Assembly (NCBI RefSeq): GCF_006345805.1
Contig: NC_043018.1
Coordinates: 19,840,001 to 19,904,000 of the forward strand
Length of the DNA stretch: 64,000 nt
From: Octopus sinensis
Lineage: Eukaryota
Direction: 5' to 3'
The notes below the pieces were generated by a model. It did not search any database and had not been told where the DNA came from. It saw nothing but the letters and a program-made list of their open reading frames with translations. Below are positions 11,836 through 23,929 of this stretch, one piece after another (the stretch's first letter is position 1; each line of letters starts with the position of its first letter). Position numbers and translations under genes: made by a program.

Positions 11836-13206
11836 TGTGCGTGTTATATACTTTTACGGCATCTCAGAACTTTTAATTCTACTTCTTGCACAATTGTTTT
11901 TCTGTTTCGTCGGTGTCCATTTTTAACTCCCATCAGCTTAGAGTAGTTACAAAATATCTTGGTAGGTGAAAAATAATTTTGTAGAATTTGGTAGAAATGG
12001 AATGGAATCTAGAATCATTGCTTTCATCTAAACATTAGATTTTCTACTTAAGTATGTTCTAAATATCATCTAATGCTCTGTATTTCGAGAATTCTTCACA
12101 AACACACTTATTCTTATCAAATTATACAATATGTTCTATAGATTTGTTCTTCCGTTCATGCTACTAATTCTCTCAGAATTCTTCATTGGAAATTATTAAA
12201 TAACCTATAGGATTATCTTCTGTAAGAAAGTTGTGGAATTTCTGTTGCGTCTTTGAGGATTTTAGAAACAAATTAATTTTGTATTCATCTTGAAGTTGTA
12301 TAAAGCAGCTTCTGTGTTCATGGAAGTAGCGAAGGCGAATAGTTTAATGGTTAGGGCATTGCATTCATGATTATAAGATGAAGGTTTTGATTCTTGGACC
12401 AGGGCAGCACATTGCCTCCTTGAGCAAAACCCCTCATTTCATTGTACTTCAGTCTAACATCATCATCATCATCATCATCATCTTCCAATTTGAATTTTAG
12501 ACTCTCCATTCTCCAAACCATGAGGTTTCAGGTTCAGCCCCACTGCACAGAATTAAAGTATCTCCTGCTATAGTCCCAGGCTGACCAATGCCTTGTGAGT
12601 GGATCTGGTAGATGGAAACTGAAAGAAGCTCCTGGTGCATGCATGTATGTATGTATGTGCAGCCACTTCTTCACCCTCTCGCATCAGAAATTCAAGATAC
12701 CTCTTCTTGGATCTCTGAGACTTCCTTTGATCCCAGGACTCATTGTACTTCAGTCTAAATCATCATCATCATCATCATCAGCTTCCAATGTCTGTTGTCC
12801 ATGCTGGCATGGGTTGGAGGGTTCAACCGTAGCTGGCAATCTGGGGAGCTGCACCTGGTTCCAGTCTGATTTGGTGTAGTTTCTACAGCTGGATGTTTTT
12901 TACTGTGGCACCACACAAGCAATTTTACTTGGCACTGGCATAGGAGGACCCTTGTAGGTGAATCCTCTTCCTCTGGGGATGCGGCCTCAACGCTTCTGCT
13001 GTGGAGACTCTGCCTGTAAGTGAGTTCTAACAGTAGATAGGAAGTTGATCCTACAAAGGACCAGCAAAAGATCATCAGGGAGTGTCATAATGTCCCACCA
13101 AGGGACACTTGTTGTCTGATGCCAATGCTCGCTTATAAATGCTGCAGGTTATAAAGTATTGAAGACAAGGAAACATAGCAACTGTAACTCCTTGTCTCCA
13201 TACCTT

Positions 13207-13237
<31 letters not shown>

Positions 13238-13381
13238 ACACTCTTTGCCGTCTTAACATTACACACACACACACACACATACATACACTCCATTCTTGTA
13301 AACATTACATGTACATATACTCATACATACACACATACAGATATACATACACACATGCATCAACTAAACATACACAGATAC

Positions 13382-13614
13382 CTATTTCTTTACTACCCAC
13401 AAGGGGCTAAACACAGAGGGGACAAACAAGGACAGACAAAAGGATTAAGTCAATTACATCGACCCCAGTGCATAACTGGTACTTAATTTATCGACCCCGA
13501 AAGGATGAAAGGCAAAGTCGACCTCGGCGGAATTTGAACTCAGAACGTAACTGCAGACGAAATACGGCTACGCATTTCGCCCGGCGTGCTACCGATTCTG
13601 CCAGCTCGCTGCCT
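13382..13614 (-). mobile_element. SINE family B, full length
   Basis: Near-identical to 5471-5705, 43837-44072, 56152-56378 and 57151-57386. Confidence 0.85.
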
Positions 13615-14804
13615 TGGATACCTACACAGATACCTACCTACCTACCTATCTACCTACATACATACATGCATGCACCAGGGGCTTCTTTCAGTTTCCATCT
13701 ACCAGATCCACTCACAAGGCATTGGTCAGCCTGGGACTATGGCAGGAGATACTTCAATTCTGTGCAGTGGGACTGAACCTGAAACCTCGTGGTTTGGAGA
13801 ATGGAGAATCTAAAATTCAAATAAAATAAGTAAAAGTGTGTGAGAGAGAGACAGAGGAAGAGAGAGTGGGAGAGAGAGAGTGAAAGAGAAAGAGAGAGAG
13901 AGAGAGAGTGTGGGAGGCAGAGATGCATGGATAAGGAAGATGTTGTATACATAACGAGAGGATTATAGAACGGAGGCTTCTTAAATAGATCGTTCAGAGA
14001 GATAGAGTTAAAATCTAATCTCCTATCAGTTATGCATTCAGTAGCATGGCTTTTTTGAAAATATCCGCAGCTAGCTGACAGTGTTTCTAATGTCTTAGAG
14101 AGGACAGGAATGGAGAAAAAAAAAATAGTAAAATGGTGGGGGAAGAAAAGGAAGAAACAGAAGGAGAAAGAGAGAGATGAGGAGAGATAATATATACATA
14201 GCAAGATTTTAAAAACTCAAATAAATAAAAATTGCATTAAAGCTAAAACTCCATCAAGCATTTTCTGTATATTTTTTTTTCCCCTCCTAGAATCGTGCTT
14301 TATTTTTCAAAATGTTCTGTCATTATTTTTGAAAGAAAAAAAAAACCACACAAAAAAAACAGTGATTTTTATTTGTTTCATATTTTTTCGTATTTTTTTA
14401 CTATTTTTATTCATTTATATTTTTACCATTTTTATTCGTTTATATTTTTAAGTACATATTTTTTCCTTTTTTTTTTTGGTTGCGGTGTTTCCATTTAGTA
14501 TTTTTCTTGCTAAATATTATGTTTAGTGATTCTGCCGATCTTAATATTTTCATGCTACATGTTTACAGTTGGTCCTGTTCACCGATTCCGATCTAACAGA
14601 ACCGGCACAAAGCTCTATAAAATAGCAAGAACAGAGGTTACTGTGCTAGAACATCCGTCCGTCCTTTCTGTTAACTATGTCAGCAACGCTTGAACCAAAA
14701 CCGTTCCTTCACCTCACTTCTCTTAAAAAGGAAAAACAAAAAGGAATCCATGCTTCATCAAATATTGTCTTTATGGACTTTTGGTAAATCCACATTTTAC
14801 AATC

Positions 14805-16459
14805 GCTGGAGTGGAGATGAGACAGAGTGGAGTTGAAACTGGAGTGGAACTGGAGTGCAGACAGGATGGAGTGGAGCTGGAGTGGAAATGAGATGGGATG
14901 GAGTTGAGCTAGAGTAGAGATGAGTAGAGTTCGAGTGGAGCTGGAGTGGAGATGAGACAGAATGGGGTGGAACTGGAGTGGAACTGGAGTGCAGACAGGA
15001 TGGAGTGGAGCTGGAGTGGAAATGAGATGGGATGGAGTTGAGCTGGAGTAGAGATGAGATGGAATGGAGCTGGGATAAAGTAGAGTTCAAGTGGAGCTGG
15101 AGTGGAGATGAGACAGAATGGAGTGGAACTGGAGTGCAGACAGGATGGAGTGGAGCTGGAGTGGAAATGAGATGGGATGGAGTTGAGCTGGAGTAGAGAT
15201 GAGATGGAATGGAGCTGGGATAAAGTAGAGTTCGAGTGGAGCTGGAGTGGAGATGAGACAGAATGGAGTTGAACTGGAGTGGAACTGGAGTGCAGACAGG
15301 ATGGAGTGGAGCTGGAGTGGAAATGAGATGGGATGGAGTTGAGCTGGAGTAGAGATGAGATGGAATGGAGCTGGGATAAAGTAGAGTTCGAGTGGAGCTG
15401 GAGTGGAGATGAGACAGAATGGAGTGCAGACAGGATGGAGTGGAGCTGGAGTGGAAATGAGATGGGATGGAGTTGAGCTGGAGTAGAGATGAGATGGAAT
15501 GGAGCTGGGATAAAGTAGAGTTCGAGTGGAGCTGGAGTGGAGATGAGACAGAATGGAGTTGAACCGGAGTGGAACTAGAGTGCAGACAGAATGGAGTGGA
15601 GCTGGAGTGGAAATGAGATGGGATGGAGTTGAGCTGGAGTAGAGATGAGTTGGAATGGAGCTGGGATATGGTAGAGTTCGAGTGGAGCTGGAGTGGAGCT
15701 GAAACAGAATGGAGTGGAACTGGAGTGCAGACAGGATGGAGTGGAGCTGGAGTGGAAATGAGATGGGATGGAGTTGAGCTGGAGTAGAGATGAGATGGAA
15801 TGGAGATGGGATAAAGTAGAGTTCGAGTGGAGCTGGAGTGGATCTGAGACAGAATGGAGTGGAACTGGAGTGGAACTGGGGTACAGACAAGATGGAGTGG
15901 AGCTGGAGTGGAAATGAGATGGGGATGGAGTTGAGCTGGAGTAGAGATGAGATGGAATGGAGCTGGGATAAAGTAGAGTTCGAGTGGAGCTGGAGTGGAG
16001 ATGAGACAGAATGGAGTGGAACTGGAGTGGAACTGGAGAGGAACTGGAGTGCAGACAGGATGGAGTGGAACTAGAGTGGAAATAAGATGGGATGGAGTTG
16101 AGCTGGAGTAGAGATGAGATGGAATGGAGCTGGGATAAAGTAGAGTTCGAGTGGAGCTGAGGCAGAATGGAGTGGAACTGGAGTGCAGACAGGATGGAGT
16201 GGAGCTGGAGTGGAAATGAGATGGGATGGAGTTGAGCTGGAGTAGAGATGAGATGGAATGGAGCTGGGATAAAGTAGAGTTCGAGTGGAGCTGGAGTGGA
16301 GATGAGACAGAGTGGAGTGGAACTGGAGTGCAGACAGGATGGAGTGGAGCTAGAGTGGAAATGAGATGGGATGGAGTTGAGCTGGAGTAGAGATGAGATG
16401 GAATGGAGCTGGGATAAAGTGGAGTTCGAGTGGAGCTGGAGTGAAGCTGGTGTGGAGAT
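14805..16459. repeat. Minisatellite, ~145-bp unit (134/145/156/168 bp variants), about 11 copies, built from GGAGT/GGAGC/GAGAT-type pentamers
   Basis: The acagga anchor recurs at 14861, 14995, 15140, 15296, 15430, 15586, 15731, 15887, 16055, 16189 and 16334. Confidence 0.95.
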
Positions 16460-16971
16460 TACAAATAGATGCACTTAATCAAGATCCACATTAAATACAT
16501 TATTTTATATTCGTAATTAAATCATTAACAAAGATTTCTGTACGAGGTGGCTTTGTTGTTTTAAAGCGATTTTACAAATAATAGCAAAATCTTATAGCTG
16601 TAGTCCATCATTATCACAACTATCATCGTCATCACCACCACCACCACCACCACCACCATCATCATCATCGTCGTCAGTGTTTTAACATTTGTTTTTCCAT
16701 GCCTTCATGGATCAGACGAAAATTCACTGAGGTAGATTTTTTTTTGTTTTTTGTTTTTTACAACCCGATGCTCTTCCTGTCACCAACCATCACCTGTTTC
16801 CCATCCGAGTAAGGTTAACATTTCCTCTTGGCTGGATGGACATGCTTTCACAGATGACTGGAAACGACGTACATCGTTTGTAAATGATGGTGCTGCTTGC
16901 TCACAACTATCATATACTGTCAAGTCAAAACACACACATATACACACACACCTACATGCACATACTAGGAA

Positions 16972-17354
16972 GGAAGCACTCCGTCGGTTACGACGATGAG
17001 GGTTCCGGTTGATCTGAATCAACGGAACAGCCTGCTCGTGAAATTAACGTTTAAGTGGCTGAGCACTCCACAGACACGATTACCCTTAACGTAGTTCTCG
17101 GGGATATTCAGCGTGACACAAAGAGTGACAAGGCCGGCCCTTTGAAATACAGGTACAACAGAAACAGGAAGTAAGAGTGAGAGAAAGTTGTAGGGAAAGA
17201 GTACAGCAGGGATCACCACCATCCCCTGCCGGAGCCTCGTGGAGCTTTTAGGTGTTTTCGCTCAATAAACACTCACAACGCCCGGTCTGGGAATCCAAAC
17301 CGCGATCCTATGACCGCGAGTCCGCTGCCCTAACCACTGGGCCATTGCGCCTCC
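16972..17354 (-). mobile_element. SINE family C (~380 bp, tRNA head), full length
   Basis: Head ggaggcgcaatggcccagtggttagggcagcggactc...tttggattccc; tail gtcgtaaccgacggagtgcttcc. Copies at 21052, 40866 and 62815. Confidence 0.9.
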
Positions 17355-17401
17355 ACATGCACATACTACACACTCGTATACATTATATATATATATATAT
17401 A

Positions 17402-17654
17402 TAAAATTGATAAAGAGTAGAAATTGATATTAATCAATTAAAACCAGTGGCCTAGCATATTAAAAAAATCCGAGGATTAAAATATTTTTTACATACAAAA
17501 TTTAAAGGATTGACCACTAAAAGTGGACGGTCAATATGCTAGATATAGACATCAAAGTCACTATTTTCCACGAACACATTCTTCGTAGAAAATAGCGATT
17601 TTGACGTCTATATCTATTGACCATCCACTTTTAGTGGTCAATCCTTTAAATTTT
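17402..17654. mobile_element. Putative Penelope-like fragment ending in a fold-back palindrome (17497-17654)
   Basis: Arms of about 75 bp around a 7-nt loop, (TA)n on both sides, hammerhead-like sequence at the apex. Confidence 0.5.
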
Positions 17655-17678
17655 ATATATATATATCTTTCTTTTTTC

Positions 17679-18085
17679 TCTCTTTACTTGTTTCAGTCAT
17701 TTGACTGCAGCCATGTTGGAGCACCGCCTTTAATCGAGCAACTCGACCCGGATTGGGACTTATTCTTTTGTTTTTGTAGCCCAGTACTTATTCTATCGGT
17801 CTCTTTTGCCGAACCGCTAAGTAACGGGGACATAAACACACCAGCATCGGTTGTCAAGCAATGCTAGGGGGACAAACATAGACACACAAACACACACACG
17901 CATATATATATATATATATACACACGATGGGCTTCTTTCAGTTTCCGTCTACCAAATCCACTCACAAGGCTTTGGTCAGCCCGAGGCTATAGTAGAAGAC
18001 ACTTGCCCATGGTGCCACACAGTGGGACTGAACCCGGAACCATGTGGCTGGTAAACAAGCTACTTACCACACAGCCACTCCTGCC
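17679..18085 (-). mobile_element. SINE family A, full length
   Basis: Matches the family A consensus throughout. Confidence 0.9.
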
Positions 18086-18703
18086 ACTTCTTAAAGTATT
18101 AGCATTCTATGAAAGAAAGGGAGAAAAAATCAGTGTAAGAATTTCCTCTAGGGTGTAATTATTTCCATCTTTAATGAAATGTCTGATTTTGTAAAGTATT
18201 TAATTAAGAAGTCACAGATTATGTCATGCTGAGAATTTCTAAAAATCCTCGGCAGGTAGTCATGATGGGTCTACTGGGCTTCCTATATTTTACCCCAGTG
18301 TCACTTTGATGGCATGCACTGCTCTCTCACTCAATAATAATAATAACAATAATATAATGAATGGCAAGTCAATATATACTGTGTATTGGTTTATTCTTTA
18401 AAGACACGAGACAACTATGCAAGGAAAATTTGGTTGCTCTTTCTAGCAGACTAAGATACCACGTAGAGGCTCCCATTGTAGGAAAGTTTTCCATAGCAAT
18501 GACCATAGCTTTTATTAGCTGTCTATGAATTCACTTGTCCTTTCATCTTTATACATATAATAATATATATATATATAATATATATATATATAATATATAT
18601 ACACATATATATATATATATATACACATATATATATATATATACACATATTATAATACACCATATATATATATATAATATAATATATACATATACATATA
18701 TAT

Positions 18704-18734
<31 letters not shown>

Positions 18735-19002
18735 GTATACTATGTATAATAAAGTGTTATATATATACGCACTTTTGTTTTGTAGTGCACACAGGTTTGT
18801 CTCTAGGGAAAGAGAAAGGTATTGAGAATGCCATGCTATTTGGAATAATGGTTGGAATGGTAGCAACAGATGAGGTTTGCAAAGAATGAAGAAAATGGTT
18901 GGAAGATGCAAAAGATAACCCAGCTTTTAATATGGAACAACGGCAGCAGAGAAACGCTATTGGAGATTTACAGTTGACCTGAAGCTGCATTTCGATTTGA
19001 TA

Positions 19003-19445
19003 TAGTGGTGGTGGTCATGGTGGTGGTTGCAGTCAAGGTGATGATGGTGGTAGTAGTGGTGGTGTTTGGTGGTGGCGGTGATTGTGGTGATAGTGGTGTG
19101 GTATTCGTGCTGATGATGGTTGTGATGGTGGTGTGGTGGTGGTGGTGATGTTAGCAGTCACGGTGGTTATGGTGATGGTGGTAGTGGTGGTGTTTGTGAT
19201 GGTGATGGTCGTGGTGGCAGTGGCAGCAATCATGGTAAGGGTGGTGGTAGTGGTGGGGAAGGTAATGGGATTCGTGGCAGTGGTGGTGGTGGTGGTGGTG
19301 GTGGTGGTGGTGGTGGTGGTGGTGTTTGTGATGTGTGATGTTAATGGATGATTAATGCATTAAGGTGGTGGTAGTGTGGGAAGAATGGGATTCGTGGCTG
19401 TTGGTGGTGTTTATGGTGGTGGTATGTATGGTGGTTGTATGATAA
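19003..19445. repeat. Degenerate (GGT)n tract
   Basis: Direct reading; poly-Val/poly-Thr ORFs are artefacts. Confidence 0.9.
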
Positions 19446-19479
19446 TAGTTATGATGGATATGATATGATGTATATATAT

Positions 19480-19634
19480 ATTATTGTGTGATATGCATAT
19501 GTATAGCTATCATAAATGTTCTTATATATATATGTATTATGTATGTATGTATGTATGTATGATGTATGTATGTATGTGTATTATATATATGTTTATATAT
19601 ATATGTATATATATATATGTGTATGTATATATAT

Positions 19635-19678
<44 letters not shown>

Positions 19679-19722
19679 TTATATATATATATGGTATGTG
19701 TATATATATATATATGTATGTG

Positions 19723-19754
<32 letters not shown>

Positions 19755-19904
19755 ATATATATGTGTATGTATATATTATATATATGTATGTATATATATA
19801 TGTATGTAGATATATATATCTATATATATATTATATGTATATTATATATATATATATATATATAATATATATATATATATATAATGTATGTATGCATGAG
19901 CGTA

Positions 19905-19984
<80 letters not shown>

Positions 19985-19992
19985 GTATATAT
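19480..19992. repeat. (TA)n/(TATG)n microsatellite
   Basis: Direct reading. Confidence 0.95.
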
Positions 19993-20184
19993 TTAGGTTA
20001 TTAAAACAGATGATGCTGTAGGTCTGTGGACATTGCAGTAAACAATGCTAGAAACAGCAGCAGCAGCAGTTCTATCTGGAGACATTGATAAGACAAAGAA
20101 CACTTATTGTAGTTAATTATGAAGGTGGTGGTAGTGGAGAGTGGGGAGGGGGAGTTGAGTGAAGGTCGAGTCAAGTGGTGTTGG

Positions 20185-20587
20185 CTGGAATGAGGTGGAG
20201 CTGGAGTGGAGATGGGATGGAATAGAGTTGGAGTGGAGCTGGAGTGGGGATGAGACAGAATGGAGTTGAGCTGCAGTGGAACTGGAGTGCAGACAGGATG
20301 GAGTGGAGCTGGAGTGGAACTGGAGTGCAGACAGGATGGAGTGGAGCTGGAGTGGAAATGAAATGGGATGGAGTTGAGCTGGAGTAGAGATGAGATGGAA
20401 TGGAGCTGGGATAAAGTGGAGTTCGAGTGAAGCTGGAGTCGAGCTGGAGTGGAGATTACAAATAGATGCACTTAATCAAGATCCACATTAAATACATTAT
20501 TTTATATTCGTAATTAAATCATTAACAAAGATTTCTGTACGAGGTGGCTTTGTTGTTTTAAAGAGATTTTACAAATAATAGCAAAAT
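20185..20587. repeat. Short paralogue of the 145-bp minisatellite plus 131-bp shared unique flank
   Basis: 20456-20587 matches 16460-16590 with one substitution; only about 2 units precede it. Confidence 0.9.
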
Positions 20588-20685
20588 ATTTGGTGTAGAA
20601 CTCAATAATTAAAATCGATTCAAATGTAATTAAAAGATTAGGGAGGACTCAATACCGGATGATTCAGATTTATAGAATATACATA

Positions 20686-21015
20686 AGGTGCATGGCTCAG
20701 TGGTTAGAGCATCAGTCTTACAGTCATGAGGTAGTGAGTTCAATTCCTGGATGGAGCTGTGTGCTGTCTTCTTGAGCAAAACATTCTATTTTTTCATGTT
20801 GCTCCACTTCACTCAGCTGTAGAAATGGGTTGTGACGTCACTGGTGCCAAGCTGTATTGGCCCCTTTGCCTTTCCCTTGGACAACATCATTGGAGTGGAG
20901 AAGAGCGGCTGGTATGCTGGGGCAACTGCTGGTCTTCCATAAAACAACCTTGCCTGGACTTGTGCCTCGGAGGGTAACTTTCTAGGTGTAATCCCATGGT
21001 CATTCCTGACCAAAG
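20686..21015 (+). mobile_element. tRNA-headed SINE (family E)
   Basis: ggctcagtggttagagc A-box and gagttcaattcc B-box. The 3' body (cactggtgccaagctgtat...tcattc(c)tgacc) is shared with 21880-22092. Confidence 0.7.
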
Positions 21016-21051
21016 GGTGTTCTTCTTCTATTCATCTGTATTTATTTATTT

Positions 21052-21688
21052 GGAGGCGCAATGGCCCAGTGGTTAGGGCAGTGGACTTGCGGTCATAGGA
21101 TCGCGGTTTCGATTCCCAGACCAGGCGTTGTGAGTGTTTATTGAGTGAAAACACCTAAAGTTTCACAAAACTCCGGCAGGGGATGGTGGTGATCCCTGCT
21201 GTACTCTTTCACTACAACTTTCTCTCTCACTCTTACTTCCTGTTTCTGTTGTACCTGTATTTCAAAGGGCCGGCCTTGTCACTCTCTGTGTCACGCTGAA
21301 TAACCCCCGAGAACTACGTTAAGGGTACACGTGTCTGTGGAGTGCTCAGCCACTTACACGCGGTTTCGATTCCCAGACCGGGCGTTGTGAGTGTTTATTG
21401 AGCGAAAACACCTAAAAGCTTCACGAGGCTCCGGCAGGGTGTGGTGTGATCCCTGCTGTACTCTTTCACCACACTTTCTCTCACTCTTACTTCCTGTTTC
21501 TGTTGTACCTGTATTCAAAGGGGCCGGCCTTGTCACTCTCTGTGTCACGCTGAATACCCCGAGAACTACGTTAAGGGTACACGTGTCTGTGGAGTGCTCA
21601 GCCACTTACACGTTAATTTCACGAGCAGGCTGTTCCGTTGATTCGGATCAACCGGAACCCTCGTCGTCGTAACCGACGGAGTGCTTCC
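21052..21688 (+). mobile_element. SINE family C with internal tandem duplication
   Basis: 21104-21360 is repeated from 21361. tatttatttatt flanks both sides (TSD-like). Confidence 0.85.
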
Positions 21689-22108
21689 CCATATTTATTT
21701 ATTTATGGTACTACTTTGGGCAAGTATCTCCTACAATAGCCCTGGGCCATCCAAAGCCTCGTAAGTGGATTTGGTAGACAGAAACTGAAAGAAGCCTATC
21801 GCATATGCACACACACGCACGTGCACATTTAAGGTAATATATCTATGGGTATGTGACTTCGTGTTGTGTTTGTCTCTCAGGTGTAAAAAAGAGTTGCGAC
21901 ATCACTGGTGCCAAGCTGTATCGGCCCCTTTTGCCTTTCCCTTGGATAACACTGGTGGTGTGGAGAGGGGAGGCTGGTATGCACGGACAGCTGCTGGTCT
22001 GCCATAAAAACAACTTTGCCTGGACTTGTGCTTTGGAAGGGAACTTTCTAGGTGCGATCCCGTGGTCATTCATGACCGAATGGGGTCTTTACCTTTTAAT
22101 GAAAATAA

Positions 22109-22499
22109 CTCTTTACTCTCTTTTACTTGTTTCAGTCATTTGACTGCGGCCATGCTGGAGCACTGCCTTTTAGTCGAGCAAATCGACCCCGGGACTTATT
22201 CTTTGTAAGCCCAGTACTTATTCTATCGGTCTCTTTTGCCGAACCGCTAAATAACGGTGACGTAAATACACCAGCATCGGTTGTCAAGCAATGCTAGGGG
22301 AACAAACACAGACACACGAACATATATACATATATACGACAGGCTTCTTTCAGTTTCCATCTACCAAATCCACTCACAAGGCTTTGGTCAGCCCGAGGCT
22401 ATAGCAGAAGACACTTGCCCAAGATGCCACACAGTGGGACTGAACCCGGAACCATGTGGTTGGTTAGCAAGCTACTTACCACACAGCCACTCCTGCGTC
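22109..22499 (-). mobile_element. SINE family A, full length
   Basis: Matches the family A consensus. Confidence 0.9.
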
Positions 22500-22959
22500 T
22501 ATAAGGGGATTTAGTATTAAAAATAAGGGTCAAACTTATGAAGTTCCTTTTGAGTTGGATTTGAGGTTTTACCTAACAGCTTAACCTTTAGCACACTGTA
22601 AGTGCATCATGTCTATGTATGAGCTGTCTCCCCTGCAGTGGCAGGGGAAACAATTCTAGAGAAAATTTAGTGTCCTAAAGGTTATTCCAGCCAATCTAAT
22701 TGAATAAACTTTTAGATGAAATTTCAAAGTCCCTGTCAAAACCCTCTTTTATTATCACTGAGATATATGTATTGTGTGGCATAAGACATGAGAAGCAGCT
22801 GTTCTGTTTGTCTGAGATAAGATTTGTCAGGTTTTTATTAAAATATATTCTAATATTTGTCTTCTTTTCTGTTTTCTGAGTTGCATCTTTGCAGATCAGA
22901 GTTGCATCTTTGCAGATCAGATGAGTTTCTTGGGAAGACACAGAATATTTGTCTCTGCG

Positions 22960-23168
22960 TCTGTCAGTCTGTCTCTCTCTCCCTACCTCTCTCTATCCCC
23001 ACCTCCCTATCTCCCCACCTCTTTCTCTCTTTTCTCTCCTTTTCTCTGTGTCTTTCATTGTCTGTCTCTCTGTCTTTCTTTTTCTGTCTGTCTGCCTGTC
23101 TCTCTCTCTCTTTCTCCCCTTCTCTCTTTTTTCTTTCACTCTGTATCTTTGTCTTTCTTTCTCTCCCT

Positions 23169-23203
<35 letters not shown>

Positions 23204-23360
23204 GCCTTCTTTCTATTTCTTTCTCCCTCTGTCTGTCTGTCTGTCTCTCTCCCTGTCTCACTCATTGTCTATCTCTCTCCCCACTTTGTCCCTCCTCCTC
23301 TGTATCATTGTTTCTCTCTCTCTCTTTTTTAGCTCTTTTCCTCCTCTCCCCCCCCCCGCC
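22960..23360. repeat. CT-rich low-complexity tract
   Basis: Direct reading. Confidence 0.85.
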
Positions 23361-23929
23361 ATCATGTCACTGGTGCCGATACAGTTTTAGTTCCATTCTC
23401 CTTTTCATTTATCTCTGACAGTTTTCTATGGATTCCGACTCCATAGAGATGTTTTGATGGAGTAAAATAGGTCGAAACTATTTAACTATCACTCATGCAT
23501 CATCATCTTAATCATAGCTACCACCACCACCACCACCACCACCACCACCACTAATACTATAACTACAACTACTGACTACTACAACTACTACCACCATCAC
23601 CACTACCACCACCACCACCACCTCTACTACTTGCTGTCAGTTGTAGACTGGGAATTTTGTTGTTAGATATAAGATGAAGACATTTTTCAGAATTATAAAT
23701 GAATTTTAAAATCTCGTCAGAAAAATATCAAGGTTAATATCAAGGGTTAAAGGTTTGAATCGTAGTGTAGACGTTGACATTGTCGCTATGGATATCATCG
23801 TCATTGTATTTTATGGCTGCTTTTTCAAAATGATATCGGGGGGGGGGGGGTTATGAAACCCAAGAAATCATCATCATCAACATCATCTTCATTGCCATCA
23901 TTGTTGTAATGTCTACTTTTCCAGGCTTG

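Noticed and set aside
10473-12741. 87-bp inverted repeats as TIRs of a 2.3-kb DNA transposon
   Set aside because: No TSD. The right copy is embedded in a composite insert with its own flanking duplication, which is better explained as a templated copy.
14805-16459. CRISPR-like regular repeat
   Set aside because: Head-to-tail units without unique spacers, in a eukaryotic context with no cas genes.
14797-16474. Long minus-strand ORFs (267 and 299 aa, SSTP/LHSI-rich)
   Set aside because: Translation of the minisatellite. Unit lengths of 134 and 145 bp shift the frame, so there is no sign of codon constraint.
17019-17222. Recurring ORFs MVVIPAVLF..., MSSNARG... and MRNWYLIYRP...
   Set aside because: Incidental frames within SINE copies; they recur because the SINEs recur.
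19484-19996. YI/CV/HT/poly-V/poly-D ORFs here and at 3051-3547, 7196-7954, 11240-11876, 22857-23418, 26658-27894, 29682-30567, 35725-36089 and 37525-38150
   Set aside because: All are readings of di-, tri- or tetranucleotide microsatellites.
21052-21125. Possible tRNA genes at SINE heads
   Set aside because: A/B boxes are present but there is no closed acceptor stem, the anticodon loop differs among copies, and the sequence continues into the SINE body.
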